This document shows, one piece after another, positions 19,102 through 28,377 of a DNA stretch of 64,000 bases (within the stretch, counting starts at the first letter, position 1; each line of letters opens with the position of its first letter). The notes below the pieces were generated by a model, which saw only the letters and a program-made list of their open reading frames with translations, was not told the DNA's origin and searched no databases. Origin of the DNA: an uncultured virus (IMG/VR IMGVR_UViG_3300031555_005587) (lineage: Duplodnaviria; Heunggongvirae; Uroviricota; Caudoviricetes); the IMG/VR virus record IMGVR_UViG_3300031555_005587, positions 1 to 64,000 of that record; one strand, given 5' to 3'. A program made the position numbers and the translations under genes.

Positions 19102-21123
19102 ATGTCAGATAATACAAACCTAATGCGTGAACTTTATATCCTTGAGGATGAAAACAATCCTTATGGGTCTAGATCTAAAGGTATATGGCCACCTACTATA
19201 TTAGATCAGGTATATGATAACTTATCTCCTACAAATAAAACACTGAGAACTATTTTAGAAGAATTAAGACATGATATTCTTACTGGGGGAATTGGCAATA
19301 TTACATTTCCAGTCACAACTGTTAATGGAATGAATGGAGATGTAATTATTAATGCGAAACATTTAGGTTTAGAAAATGTTGATAATACATCTGATAATGA
19401 AAAACCATTATCAAAACCTCAACGTCTTGCAGTGATGGAACTTCTAAAAGGATTCAAATATGAAGTAGATTTAAGTGATTTATATGACCATATTAGAGAC
19501 TCAAATAATCCTCATGGAATAACTTTTGAACACATTAATCGAAATAATGAGATTGGAAATTATATCTCTCAATATATCTTGAAACATGAAAATGATCAAA
19601 CATCTCATCAAGATATTAGAAATTTAATCAAGGATATTGATTATTCTGTTAAAAATATTCACAATGATGTTGAAGAAAGAATTTCTATTGCTCTTAGAAT
19701 TTTGGATCAACATTATGCAGATGAAGGAGCACATTCACCTTTATTTGATAAAAAAGAAGATGTATTGAATAAAGTATTTGATTTTGAAAATGTTGATCAT
19801 AAACGATATCCATCCGTAAGAGCAGTTGTAGATTATGTAACATCCGTAGCTAATACTTTAAGATCTGAGATCACTACAATAGAAAACTGGATAGATGATA
19901 TTATCGTTATTAGATCAAGAGATGATTTGCCATCTGCAAGTATTAAGACTTACCGTAAAGCATATTTCATTCGTAGAGGATTAAATAATAATGATGAGAT
20001 TGCCATTTGTCGAATAAATCCTGATAATACAACTTATTCTTGGGATATTTCTACATTTGATACGTATGCAAAATTTGATGAATCTTATTTTATTAACACA
20101 GATGATGGTTTATCTCTAAATACAACTAATATAGCTGAAACATTAATCAATGAAGGAAATATGAATAAAGGTATTTCTGAAATTGTTAATTCAGTATTAT
20201 TTGAATCCACTGCAATAATCAATTTCAATATTAATGAACTAGGAGAATTAACTGTTGAATATGATGAAAGATATCCTGATCCTATTCTATATATTGATGA
20301 AAATGGTGAATTGATACTAGAAGCAGATGATGGAACTCTTTCTGAATTCTTGGTTGAAAATTGTAACTTCGAAATTGTAAATGGACGATTAATTCTTACA
20401 ACTGAAGATATTGATATTGTAAATATTGGACATGGAAAGATTGCTAATTACTATACGAAGGATGAAATCGATGAATTTTCATTCATTAATAGTATTCAGA
20501 TATTATCAGGAACAGAGAATGGAACCATTCGATATTATATAAATAACGATATATCTACAATGTCTCCTGATATTAAAGTTACTGGTATTAATAAACTCGC
20601 ATTTCTTGAAAAGGTAACTGAAAATGAAATAGAAGACAACTCAGTCCATTCTCAACACATTCTAAACAGGGCAATTCAATATCGTCATATGGGAGAAAAG
20701 GCAGTATCTGCTGAAAATATGAGAGGATCTTACAATACTATATTTGGCAATGTTGAAGATTCTCAAGGTAACACGGTTAGAGAGATTCCTTTGACATATC
20801 TTGTAGAAGTTTTTCAGCCATATATTAAAGATTTTATTGCTCAGTATTTAACATCTTCTCCTGAAATGAAGTCAATACTAAAGGATATCTATGAAGAAAT
20901 AATTGCTGAGGAAATCATGAGTGAAGCTCCTATTACATTAACCATTCAAGATGGTTCATTAATAGCAACTTATGATGAGACTCAGTATAGTGAACCTGAT
21001 ATTGAAATTGATAAAGACGGGTATTTGATTTTAAATTCATCAGATACTGCAATTGATCAATACTTGGAAAGTATTTTCTTTAATATAGTTGATTCAACGT
21101 TAGTAATGACCGTAAATGAATAA
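19102..21123 (+). CDS. Tail fibre-like virion protein
   Basis: VTTVNGMNGDV, LGLENVDNTSDNEKPLS and HIRDSNNPHGIT are typical tail-fibre motifs, also present in 30604..35121. Repeated hxIdexGxLi beta-hairpins. Confidence 0.7.
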   Translation: MSDNTNLMRELYILEDENNPYGSRSKGIWPPTILDQVYDNLSPTNKTLRTILEELRHDILTGGIGNITFPVTTVNGMNGDVIINAKHLGLENVDNTSDNEKPLSKPQRLAVMELLKGFKYEVDLSDLYDHIRDSNNPHGITFEHINRNNEIGNYISQYILKHENDQTSHQDIRNLIKDIDYSVKNIHNDVEERISIALRILDQHYADEGAHSPLFDKKEDVLNKVFDFENVDHKRYPSVRAVVDYVTSVANTLRSEITTIENWIDDIIVIRSRDDLPSASIKTYRKAYFIRRGLNNNDEIAICRINPDNTTYSWDISTFDTYAKFDESYFINTDDGLSLNTTNIAETLINEGNMNKGISEIVNSVLFESTAIINFNINELGELTVEYDERYPDPILYIDENGELILEADDGTLSEFLVENCNFEIVNGRLILTTEDIDIVNIGHGKIANYYTKDEIDEFSFINSIQILSGTENGTIRYYINNDISTMSPDIKVTGINKLAFLEKVTENEIEDNSVHSQHILNRAIQYRHMGEKAVSAENMRGSYNTIFGNVEDSQGNTVREIPLTYLVEVFQPYIKDFIAQYLTSSPEMKSILKDIYEEIIAEEIMSEAPITLTIQDGSLIATYDETQYSEPDIEIDKDGYLILNSSDTAIDQYLESIFFNIVDSTLVMTVNE

Positions 21124-21200
21124 TGGTATGGAGAGGCTTATCATAAGCCTCTCCATACTTTACTATTTTATTAATTATTCTCATTTTGGAGGGATTAAAT

Positions 21201-23507
21201 ATGCAACATTTTAAGTTAGAAAAAGATTGTGTATTGTACAAAACACAATTTGAAAAGTATATGCTTGATATATTTGGAGACCACCGTCTGGATAGATATT
21301 CTTTAGATTTAGATGGAATTTTATTTAGAATTAAATATATGACTAAGCATAAAAGAGATCTTGATAAGATTCCAGAATTACAAGAGAAATTTACTAATAT
21401 TGCAATCCAGTTAAGAAAATGCTTTGGTGAATTTCTCTTTAACTTCTTAGCTCAGATTATAACAATTCCTGAACCATTTAAACTTGACAATATTGTTGAT
21501 ATTCTTGCTCATGATGTGAAGATGGATCCGAATTATGTAAAGTTTAAAATGATATTAATTTCAGATAGTAAAGAATATATTGAATATGTAGATTCAGCTT
21601 TTCCAGATAATGAAGTATTTAATATGTTTCCAAACGAATACTTTAGATTTTATACTGATTCATACAATGATGGAATTGCTAAAGCATATCCAGAACTATT
21701 TGAAAATAAACATCAGGACAAGATTGGTGTTGGAGCTGATGGAGATGTATTCTGCCACAACTTTACTTTTCAGACAGGAGAACGTTGTTCACTGAACTGT
21801 ACGTATTGTGTTCCAGATGGTACCAAAGTTACATTACCAGATTATTCAATGAAAAATATTGAAGATATCCAAGTAGGTGATAAAGTATTGGCAGTAGATG
21901 AACATCATCCTGTTGGTAAAGAACATACATTACGAGAATCTGAAGTTACACATGTTTTCAAAAGGGAAACAAATGGTTATTTTAAGATATCTCATAGAGC
22001 TTTAAAAGAACCTATTTGTATTACTGGTGAGCATCCTGTAAAAACAGAGAGACGTGGATGGATACCTGTAAATATGTTAAGATCAACGGATAAAATTTTG
22101 ATATCTTCAATAGATCCATATGATTTTTATTCTACGAATTTTAAAAATCCATCATTTATAATGAATAAAATCTCAAATTCATATCATTACTATAAAACGC
22201 AATACATTGGTGGATTTAAACTTGAAAATATTAAAGAAAAATGTACAGTGTATAATTTGGAAACAACTGAACATACTTACGCTATTGGAAGATTATTAGT
22301 TCATAATTGTTATCAGTTTAATAAATCAGAAATGAGAATGAGTTTTGAAACTGCAAAGAAGTTTATTGATAATTTATTGACTGATCAATATGGATATATT
22401 AATCAATATAATTCTCCTGCCATCATTATGGAGTTTATTGGTGGCGAACCTTTGCTTGAAATTAATCTTACAAGAAAGATTTATGAATATTTTCTTGATA
22501 GATGTTACGAATTAAATCATCCTTGGTTTACTCTTCATAGACTTTCAATATGTTCTAATGGTATGCAATATTTCGATAAAGAAGTTCAAGATTTTTTTAA
22601 AGAATATTCTTCACAAATTTCATTCAATATTTCCATTGATGGAAATAAAGAATTACATGATGCTTGTAGAGTTCAACCAAATGGAGAAGGAAGTTATGAT
22701 ATTGATATATGTGCACTGAATCATTATAATAAACATTTTACACCAGAGAGAAATTCTAAGATGACTTTGGCTCCATCTAATATTTCATATCTATTTGATT
22801 CAGTCGTAAACTTTATTAACAACGGAATGACAGTTATTAATATTAACTGCATTTTCGAAGAGGGTTGGAACCAAGAGACTGCACGAATTGAATATTATCA
22901 GTTAAAGAAATTAGCTGAGTATATATTAGAGAATGATTTAGATCATCTTTATATAGCCATATTTAATGAACGTCAAGAAGACGTGATGCCTAAAGAACAG
23001 GATGGATCATTTTGTGGAGGTGCCGGTTCCATGCTTGCTATGAGACCTAATGGACAGTTTTATCCATGTATTCGTTACATGCCATCTTCTGTTGGTAATA
23101 ATGTAAAAGATCTTTGTATTGGAACTGTCGATACAGGTATTCATGGACGAGAAGAAGGATCTGATATCATTAGAATGTTAGATAGAATTACACGACGTGC
23201 ACAAAACAATGACATCTGTTATGAATGTCCAATTTCAAATGATTGTGCTTCTTGTTTAGCATTAGGACATACAGTATTTGGTACTCCTAATAAGAGAACA
23301 AACTTCATCTGTATCCAAATGATTGCTGAGGCGTTAGCTAATGTATTTTACTGGAATGCATTATTAATCAAACATCCAGAATATAATCTCGATGTAAGAA
23401 AAAATAATGTTCCAGATAAATGGGCTCTCTTAGTAATAGATGAAGAAGAACTTGATTATTTGAAAAAACTTGAAGCATATGCAATGATCATAAAGATGGA
23501 AAGATAA
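21201..23507 (+). CDS. Radical SAM/SPASM peptide maturase (CXXX-repeat target type) containing a mini-intein
   Basis: After intein removal: FTFQTGERCSLNCTYCYQ (CxxxCxxC), MSFETAKKFID, EFIGGEPLL, ISIDG..ELHDACR. SPASM motifs FCGG..MLAMRPNGQFYPC and CYECPISNDCASC...FIC. ~185-aa N-terminal extension. Start MQHFKL after GGAGG. Confidence 0.9.
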   Translation: MQHFKLEKDCVLYKTQFEKYMLDIFGDHRLDRYSLDLDGILFRIKYMTKHKRDLDKIPELQEKFTNIAIQLRKCFGEFLFNFLAQIITIPEPFKLDNIVDILAHDVKMDPNYVKFKMILISDSKEYIEYVDSAFPDNEVFNMFPNEYFRFYTDSYNDGIAKAYPELFENKHQDKIGVGADGDVFCHNFTFQTGERCSLNCTYCVPDGTKVTLPDYSMKNIEDIQVGDKVLAVDEHHPVGKEHTLRESEVTHVFKRETNGYFKISHRALKEPICITGEHPVKTERRGWIPVNMLRSTDKILISSIDPYDFYSTNFKNPSFIMNKISNSYHYYKTQYIGGFKLENIKEKCTVYNLETTEHTYAIGRLLVHNCYQFNKSEMRMSFETAKKFIDNLLTDQYGYINQYNSPAIIMEFIGGEPLLEINLTRKIYEYFLDRCYELNHPWFTLHRLSICSNGMQYFDKEVQDFFKEYSSQISFNISIDGNKELHDACRVQPNGEGSYDIDICALNHYNKHFTPERNSKMTLAPSNISYLFDSVVNFINNGMTVININCIFEEGWNQETARIEYYQLKKLAEYILENDLDHLYIAIFNERQEDVMPKEQDGSFCGGAGSMLAMRPNGQFYPCIRYMPSSVGNNVKDLCIGTVDTGIHGREEGSDIIRMLDRITRRAQNNDICYECPISNDCASCLALGHTVFGTPNKRTNFICIQMIAEALANVFYWNALLIKHPEYNLDVRKNNVPDKWALLVIDEEELDYLKKLEAYAMIIKMER
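21807..22307 (+). mobile_element. Mini-intein (167 aa, no endonuclease) inside the radical SAM CxxxCxxC motif
   Basis: Starts CVPDGTKVTLPDYSMKNIEDIQVGDKVL (block A), has ITGEHP (block B), and ends VYNLETTEHTYAIGRLLVHN followed by Cys at +1. Confidence 0.92.
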
Positions 23508-23564
23508 AATGATACACAGGAGAGGGATTTCCCTCTCCTGTGTTTATACACTAACTTATGATAA

Positions 23565-24092
23565 TTAAGCAGTTGTATCAGGTTCAGTTGTTTCTGTACC
23601 ATCTTCTGCAGGTTCTTCAGATTCATTAGAATCTTCTGCACCTGCATCGGTACCAGCGTCTTCATCTTCTGCATCCTTAGTATAAGTTACAGTAACTTCA
23701 ACGCCTTCAGCTACCATATCACCAGTCAATAAAGTCTGATCAGCAGTATAACCTACGAAACTAGGAGGTGCATACGTGTATTCACCGCCAACATTGAACA
23801 TTCTTTCTACAGGATCAGGAACTGTTAGATCTTCAGGACCTTCGAATGTTACTTTAAGAGCTGCACGAGCTGCAACTACATCGATGTCATTACCAGGACC
23901 TTCTTTTTCTTCAGATGCTTCAGCTTCAGGATCTTCCATTTTAGCTACAAGCTCAGGAACAATCTGTTTGAATTCCTCACGAGTGATCTGAATTCCAGGT
24001 ACACTGTTGAAAAGATAATGCAAAGCATTAAACAATTCATTTGCTGCACCGGCAGTATCACCAGCAGCAATACATTCATTAATTTTAGCCAT
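23565..24092 (-). CDS. Acidic protein with MucBP-like domain
   Basis: LKVTFEG...GGEYTYAPPSFVGYTADQTLLTGDMVAEGVEVTVTYT matches the MucBP pattern. Start MAKINE after AAAGGAG. Confidence 0.6.
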   Translation of the reverse strand: MAKINECIAAGDTAGAANELFNALHYLFNSVPGIQITREEFKQIVPELVAKMEDPEAEASEEKEGPGNDIDVVAARAALKVTFEGPEDLTVPDPVERMFNVGGEYTYAPPSFVGYTADQTLLTGDMVAEGVEVTVTYTKDAEDEDAGTDAGAEDSNESEEPAEDGTETTEPDTTA

Positions 24093-24221
24093 ATTAAAGA
24101 CTCCTTTCATGATTTACTTTTGTTTTATCCAGTTTATTTCCCAGGATTAATTATCTGTAATTAGAAAATTATGAATGAAAACGACTATTTAATTATTGAT
24201 TTCTATCGTGGAGGTGTTAAT

Positions 24222-26471
24222 ATGAATAAAGATCTTTATTCAAATCAAGAATTCACTGAATTAAAACACCGATTAAATCAGGAAATACAGAGAAGAAGTA
24301 CATTTTCTTGGTGGGATCCGCTAACAACACCATCTGTTGGAGAAGATAAATCATCTCCAATGTCATTACCTGATATCGGTCAACGAGTTTCAGTTGATGA
24401 TAAAACATATACAATCAATAATCCTTCTGAGGGATCTATTGAAAGGACTAAAAATATTCATTATCAAAATCATGGAGATAGTCCATCAGGTGATGATAGT
24501 GAATTTATTTCAACAGTTCCAAATACATCTGCAGCTAAAATGGATGCAGATGAAATGAGAAACTTTTTGGTTGGTTTATCTAAAATAAAAGATATCAATC
24601 TTTTTTATGGTAGAGATGAAATCCCAGGTCTTGCTTATAGAGATCCATCTGGAATAGAAGAAGTACTAACAAGTGCTGAAAAAGATAAATTACATGAATA
24701 TATTGTAGGTGAATATTCAAAGAATGATCCTAATAATGGAGCTAACGATCATTTAGACGGAAATTATCCTAGTAATATTCACGAAGTTCATTACGATATT
24801 GAAAATGGAATTGCTGTAATGAAATCCGGAGAATATGATGGAGAAGAATTAAACACCCATGATGGTTTAGGTCCTAATAATTTCTTTGATGATTATGGGG
24901 CAGAACCAGGAGATGGTGATTTTCATCCTTATAACAGAGGATATACTCCACAAAGTAGACGAGATTGGAAAATACATAATAATCAACGTAAAACAGAAAA
25001 GGTTTATGTTACTGAAGGAGGAATACCAACTTCTTCTTTTGGACCAAATCCTAGAAATCCAGTCCAAGGTAAAGAATATAAATCTCGTCCAGTATTTAAA
25101 GGATCTCCAAGTACTTGTCAGGTTGCTTGTACTGGTCTATGTAGCGTTACTTGTGATGATCAATGTTCAGAATCTTGTTCTTCAACATGTTGGAGTCGAT
25201 GTGGTAATGCTTGTACTTCTTCATGTGGTAATGCTTGCACAGGTTGTAGTACTTTATGTTATACATCTTGCAAAACTAAATGTGAAAACATTTCTGGATA
25301 TGCTTGTGTAACTGCTGGAGCAAAAGCTATTAAAATAACAACATCTGGTGGCACTAATGGTGTACCTGCAAAAAATGAAATCCAAGCAGAAACATATTCA
25401 TGTCAAGGATGTTCATATAGTTGTCAATTTTATCCTAATAAAAAGACAACTTGTTGGGATGCTGGATGTATGGGTAATTGTTTTATCTCTTGTAACACAG
25501 CATGTTCAACTGCCTGTACTGGTGGTTGTATTAATAATACAGCTGAAGAAGGTACTTCATATAAAACTGGTAAAGGCAGAGGATGTTCTTCTGGATGTAC
25601 ATTAAACTGTATTGGAAATTGTTCTGGGACATGTGAAGGACAATGTGTGACAACTTGTTGGCATGCATGTAAAGAAACATGTACTGACAATTGTACATTC
25701 GAATGTTCTACAAATTGTGGAAGTGGTTGTGCTAGTGGATGTAAAGATGGTTGTACAGGATGTACAGGAACTTGTGAATCTTATTGTGAAGGACAAACCG
25801 ATTCAATAGGATGTACAGGTTGTAGCACAAAAGGCGGTTGTACATCTACTTGTCAGCATGGCTGTAATAAAAATTGTGTTGGTATAGGATGTAGATCAAT
25901 TTGTGGTATTGAAGCTGCTGGAGCTTGTGAAGCTAATTGTAGAATCAATTGTATGAGTTCTAGTTGTTCAGCTATGTGTTCTAATCAATGTTCAGATCAA
26001 TGTACAACATGTGTCAATACCTGTGGATTTGGATGTGGGTATTGTTCTTCCGTATGTTCTTCTGGTTGTGATGCTGCTTGTGAAATCACGTGTAGTGAGA
26101 AGTGTGAACATTCTTGTGAAAATAATTGTGTTCAGTCTTGTAGTGAAGAATGTGGCGGATGTTCTTCATTATGCTTCTCATGTGTTGGAATGTGTATTGG
26201 AGTTTGTAGTGTACATTGTGAAAATGGATGTACCAGTTGTTCAGTAATGTGCGGATGGTGGTGTGATTCTTCATGTAATCAACAATGCTTTGCAAATTGT
26301 GACACTTTCTGTATATCTGATTGCTCTGGTTCTTGTATAACATTCTTAATGAGTAAAGCTAATACTACCATTGGACCTGAAAATAACCCTACAGCTGAAG
26401 GATATAAGTGTCCTCATCCTTCTAATAGAGAAGAGGAACGTGAATCATTTATTATTAGGAAGGATGAATAA
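24222..26471 (+). CDS. Giant Cys-rich (Cxxx)n protein, putative radical SAM substrate
   Basis: Cys-free N-terminal ~300 aa, then about 88 Cys (hand count) at 25116-26336, mostly spaced Cxxx. Start MNKDLYS after GGAGGT. Confidence 0.85.
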   Translation: MNKDLYSNQEFTELKHRLNQEIQRRSTFSWWDPLTTPSVGEDKSSPMSLPDIGQRVSVDDKTYTINNPSEGSIERTKNIHYQNHGDSPSGDDSEFISTVPNTSAAKMDADEMRNFLVGLSKIKDINLFYGRDEIPGLAYRDPSGIEEVLTSAEKDKLHEYIVGEYSKNDPNNGANDHLDGNYPSNIHEVHYDIENGIAVMKSGEYDGEELNTHDGLGPNNFFDDYGAEPGDGDFHPYNRGYTPQSRRDWKIHNNQRKTEKVYVTEGGIPTSSFGPNPRNPVQGKEYKSRPVFKGSPSTCQVACTGLCSVTCDDQCSESCSSTCWSRCGNACTSSCGNACTGCSTLCYTSCKTKCENISGYACVTAGAKAIKITTSGGTNGVPAKNEIQAETYSCQGCSYSCQFYPNKKTTCWDAGCMGNCFISCNTACSTACTGGCINNTAEEGTSYKTGKGRGCSSGCTLNCIGNCSGTCEGQCVTTCWHACKETCTDNCTFECSTNCGSGCASGCKDGCTGCTGTCESYCEGQTDSIGCTGCSTKGGCTSTCQHGCNKNCVGIGCRSICGIEAAGACEANCRINCMSSSCSAMCSNQCSDQCTTCVNTCGFGCGYCSSVCSSGCDAACEITCSEKCEHSCENNCVQSCSEECGGCSSLCFSCVGMCIGVCSVHCENGCTSCSVMCGWWCDSSCNQQCFANCDTFCISDCSGSCITFLMSKANTTIGPENNPTAEGYKCPHPSNREEERESFIIRKDE

Positions 26472-26473
26472 AT

Positions 26474-26740
26474 ATGGGAAGAATAAGTGAAGTAAAATAT
26501 ATACAAGTTGATCCAATTGATTATGATGTACATGAAGCTGCTCAACACTATTTTCATTCTAATGTAATTCCGATTCATGAAATGTTTTATGTTGGATATG
26601 AAGAATATGAATTAAAACAAAATTCTATTCGTAATAACATCACTAGAGATAATAGGGACGATAGTCTAAAATTGAATACGTCTACATTTGGGATATCGAT
26701 AAAAAATAATCAAGTCATTCTGGTAATCGATAAAGCATAA
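26474..26740 (+). CDS. Hypothetical protein co-transcribed with the Cys-rich gene
   Basis: 88 aa, starts 2 nt after the upstream stop; followed by palindrome 26744-26775. Confidence 0.7.
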   Translation: MGRISEVKYIQVDPIDYDVHEAAQHYFHSNVIPIHEMFYVGYEEYELKQNSIRNNITRDNRDDSLKLNTSTFGISIKNNQVILVIDKA

Positions 26741-26781
26741 CATTTAAGAGAGGAGCTATATAGCTCCTCTCTTAATCATCT

Positions 26782-27081
26782 TTACATCATTTCATATACT
26801 TGAATTGAATTTCCGGAAACTTCATATCCATCATAATTCCAGACATATTGAGAAAATCTAAAATGTTCAGGAACAAACTCATTTGTGATTCTGTATTTGA
26901 TAGCTTCAATTTTAGAAGTAATCGGAATAAGAGATTCTTCAAGCTTCTCAAATTTATTAGGATCATCTGCTACCTGTGTTAATACTCTCGTACGGATTGT
27001 TTCCTTTGTTAGTAATTCAGATAATTCTCTAGCAAGTTCATCAGGAATTGTAAAATTTCCTCGTAATACTTGATTGATCAT
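26782..27081 (-). CDS. Putative CXXX-repeat modification system accessory protein
   Basis: 99 aa: short beta strand, two long helices (ARELSELL..., FEKLEESL...), then WNYDG..terminal strand. Size and pattern resemble the ~90-aa CXXX-repeat-associated protein (from memory). Confidence 0.45.
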   Translation of the reverse strand: MINQVLRGNFTIPDELARELSELLTKETIRTRVLTQVADDPNKFEKLEESLIPITSKIEAIKYRITNEFVPEHFRFSQYVWNYDGYEVSGNSIQVYEMM

Positions 27082-27102
27082 GTTAATAACCTCCTCTGAT
27101 TA

Positions 27103-28101
27103 TCATATTAACTTCAGTAGTTCCCCTCTGAAACTTTTAATATTCTTAGTTTCTTTTACAACATCTGAAGCAGAAATATTGATAATATTGTTACCAGCTA
27201 GAAGAGTAATACACATGAAAATCAAGTATTCAATGTTATCAACTGCAAGTGTAGAAGGAATATAATAATAATTGATCCAATCATTTAGTAAAGTTCCTAA
27301 GTGTGCAGATCTCATACGAGGAGAAGCTGTTTTAAGTAAATCAATTAATTCACTGACCTTGTGAGGATTTGCATTATCATATTCATGAACAATTTCATTA
27401 GCTCTCATTTCATCAAGATATTTAATATGAGCTTTTGAAATTGTATTAATATTTTCTGCAGTATCATTAGATTCAAAGATATTCTCTAAGAAAAATCTAT
27501 TAATCCAATATTGAATAGTATCGAATGTGATCTTATCTGCAGCTACAGAAAATTGTCTGTTAATAATTCTCGTAAAGAACTTTGTGTAAATTTCCATCAG
27601 AATTTTCTGTAGATATTGATTTCTTGCAAGATTAGCATAATTATTCTTTAATCCATTTGCAATCAATGCACCAGTTAAAAGATCTCTCAATACAGGTGCT
27701 TGCATTGATAATACACCATCTCTGGAAACCTGAATGTACTTATCAACAAACACGTATGTTACAAATCCTCGTTTTGTTTTAAGTGTAATGAATGGAATTG
27801 CTTGTGTTAATGATAATGATTGAACGTTATTGTAGATTAAAACTACTCTTTCTTCATCAAATGCTTTCATTGCAGCTCTTGTTAGAGAATCACTAATCTG
27901 CTTGACAGCAATATATGCTGCTTCAATATCCTCATTTGTGAGGTGTTTAGCAGTTTTAATTAGATCAATAGCTTTGTCTAATGTAGTTCTACTTTTATCC
28001 ATGTGATTTATTCCACTGGATCCACTTCCATCTCCATTAAATACTTCAGAGTGTACTAATGAAGATTCCATATAACCTGTAATAGCCATAAAGTTAAACA
28101 C
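27103..28101 (-). CDS. Hypothetical protein, possibly virion head-associated
   Basis: 332-aa ORF, GTG start with RBS AAAGGAG; YMES near the N-terminus. Confidence 0.6.
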   Translation of the reverse strand: MFNFMAITGYMESSLVHSEVFNGDGSGSSGINHMDKSRTTLDKAIDLIKTAKHLTNEDIEAAYIAVKQISDSLTRAAMKAFDEERVVLIYNNVQSLSLTQAIPFITLKTKRGFVTYVFVDKYIQVSRDGVLSMQAPVLRDLLTGALIANGLKNNYANLARNQYLQKILMEIYTKFFTRIINRQFSVAADKITFDTIQYWINRFFLENIFESNDTAENINTISKAHIKYLDEMRANEIVHEYDNANPHKVSELIDLLKTASPRMRSAHLGTLLNDWINYYYIPSTLAVDNIEYLIFMCITLLAGNNIINISASDVVKETKNIKSFRGELLKLI

Positions 28102-28132
28102 TCCTTTCTATAATTAAGTTTCTGTCTTGACT

Positions 28133-28375
28133 TTATACGATTGCATTTGTAACCTTTTGAACAATCTCAGGTAGTTCATCATTTACTTCTGTTAGTTTAT
28201 AAATTATGAGCACTTCTCTATTATCATCTCTATATTGTGGATGAATGAGAGAATTAAATTTTATATCTACAATTTCTACATTGTATCTAGAATCTTCTTG
28301 TATTTTTAATAAGAATTCATTAATTCTACTTTCTAATACTTCATATTTACATTGTATAAATTTTACTTTTAACAT
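28133..28375 (-). CDS. Cse60/DUF2758-like small protein
   Basis: VKFI...LESRINEFL...IVDIKF...VLIIYK pattern. Confidence 0.45.
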   Translation of the reverse strand: MLKVKFIQCKYEVLESRINEFLLKIQEDSRYNVEIVDIKFNSLIHPQYRDDNREVLIIYKLTEVNDELPEIVQKVTNAIV

Positions 28376-28377
28376 TT

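Noticed and set aside
21201..23507. Annotation as anaerobic sulfatase maturase or NrdG activase
   Set aside because: No sulfatase or NrdD gene in the window. The SPASM domain and adjacent Cxxx protein fit a peptide maturase better, though this is not formally excluded.
25116..26336. Cys array as a CRISPR array, DNA tandem repeat or eukaryotic contamination
   Set aside because: Only TGT/TGC codons recur; there are no fixed nucleotide repeats or spacers. The gene has a bacterial-type RBS and continuous phage context.
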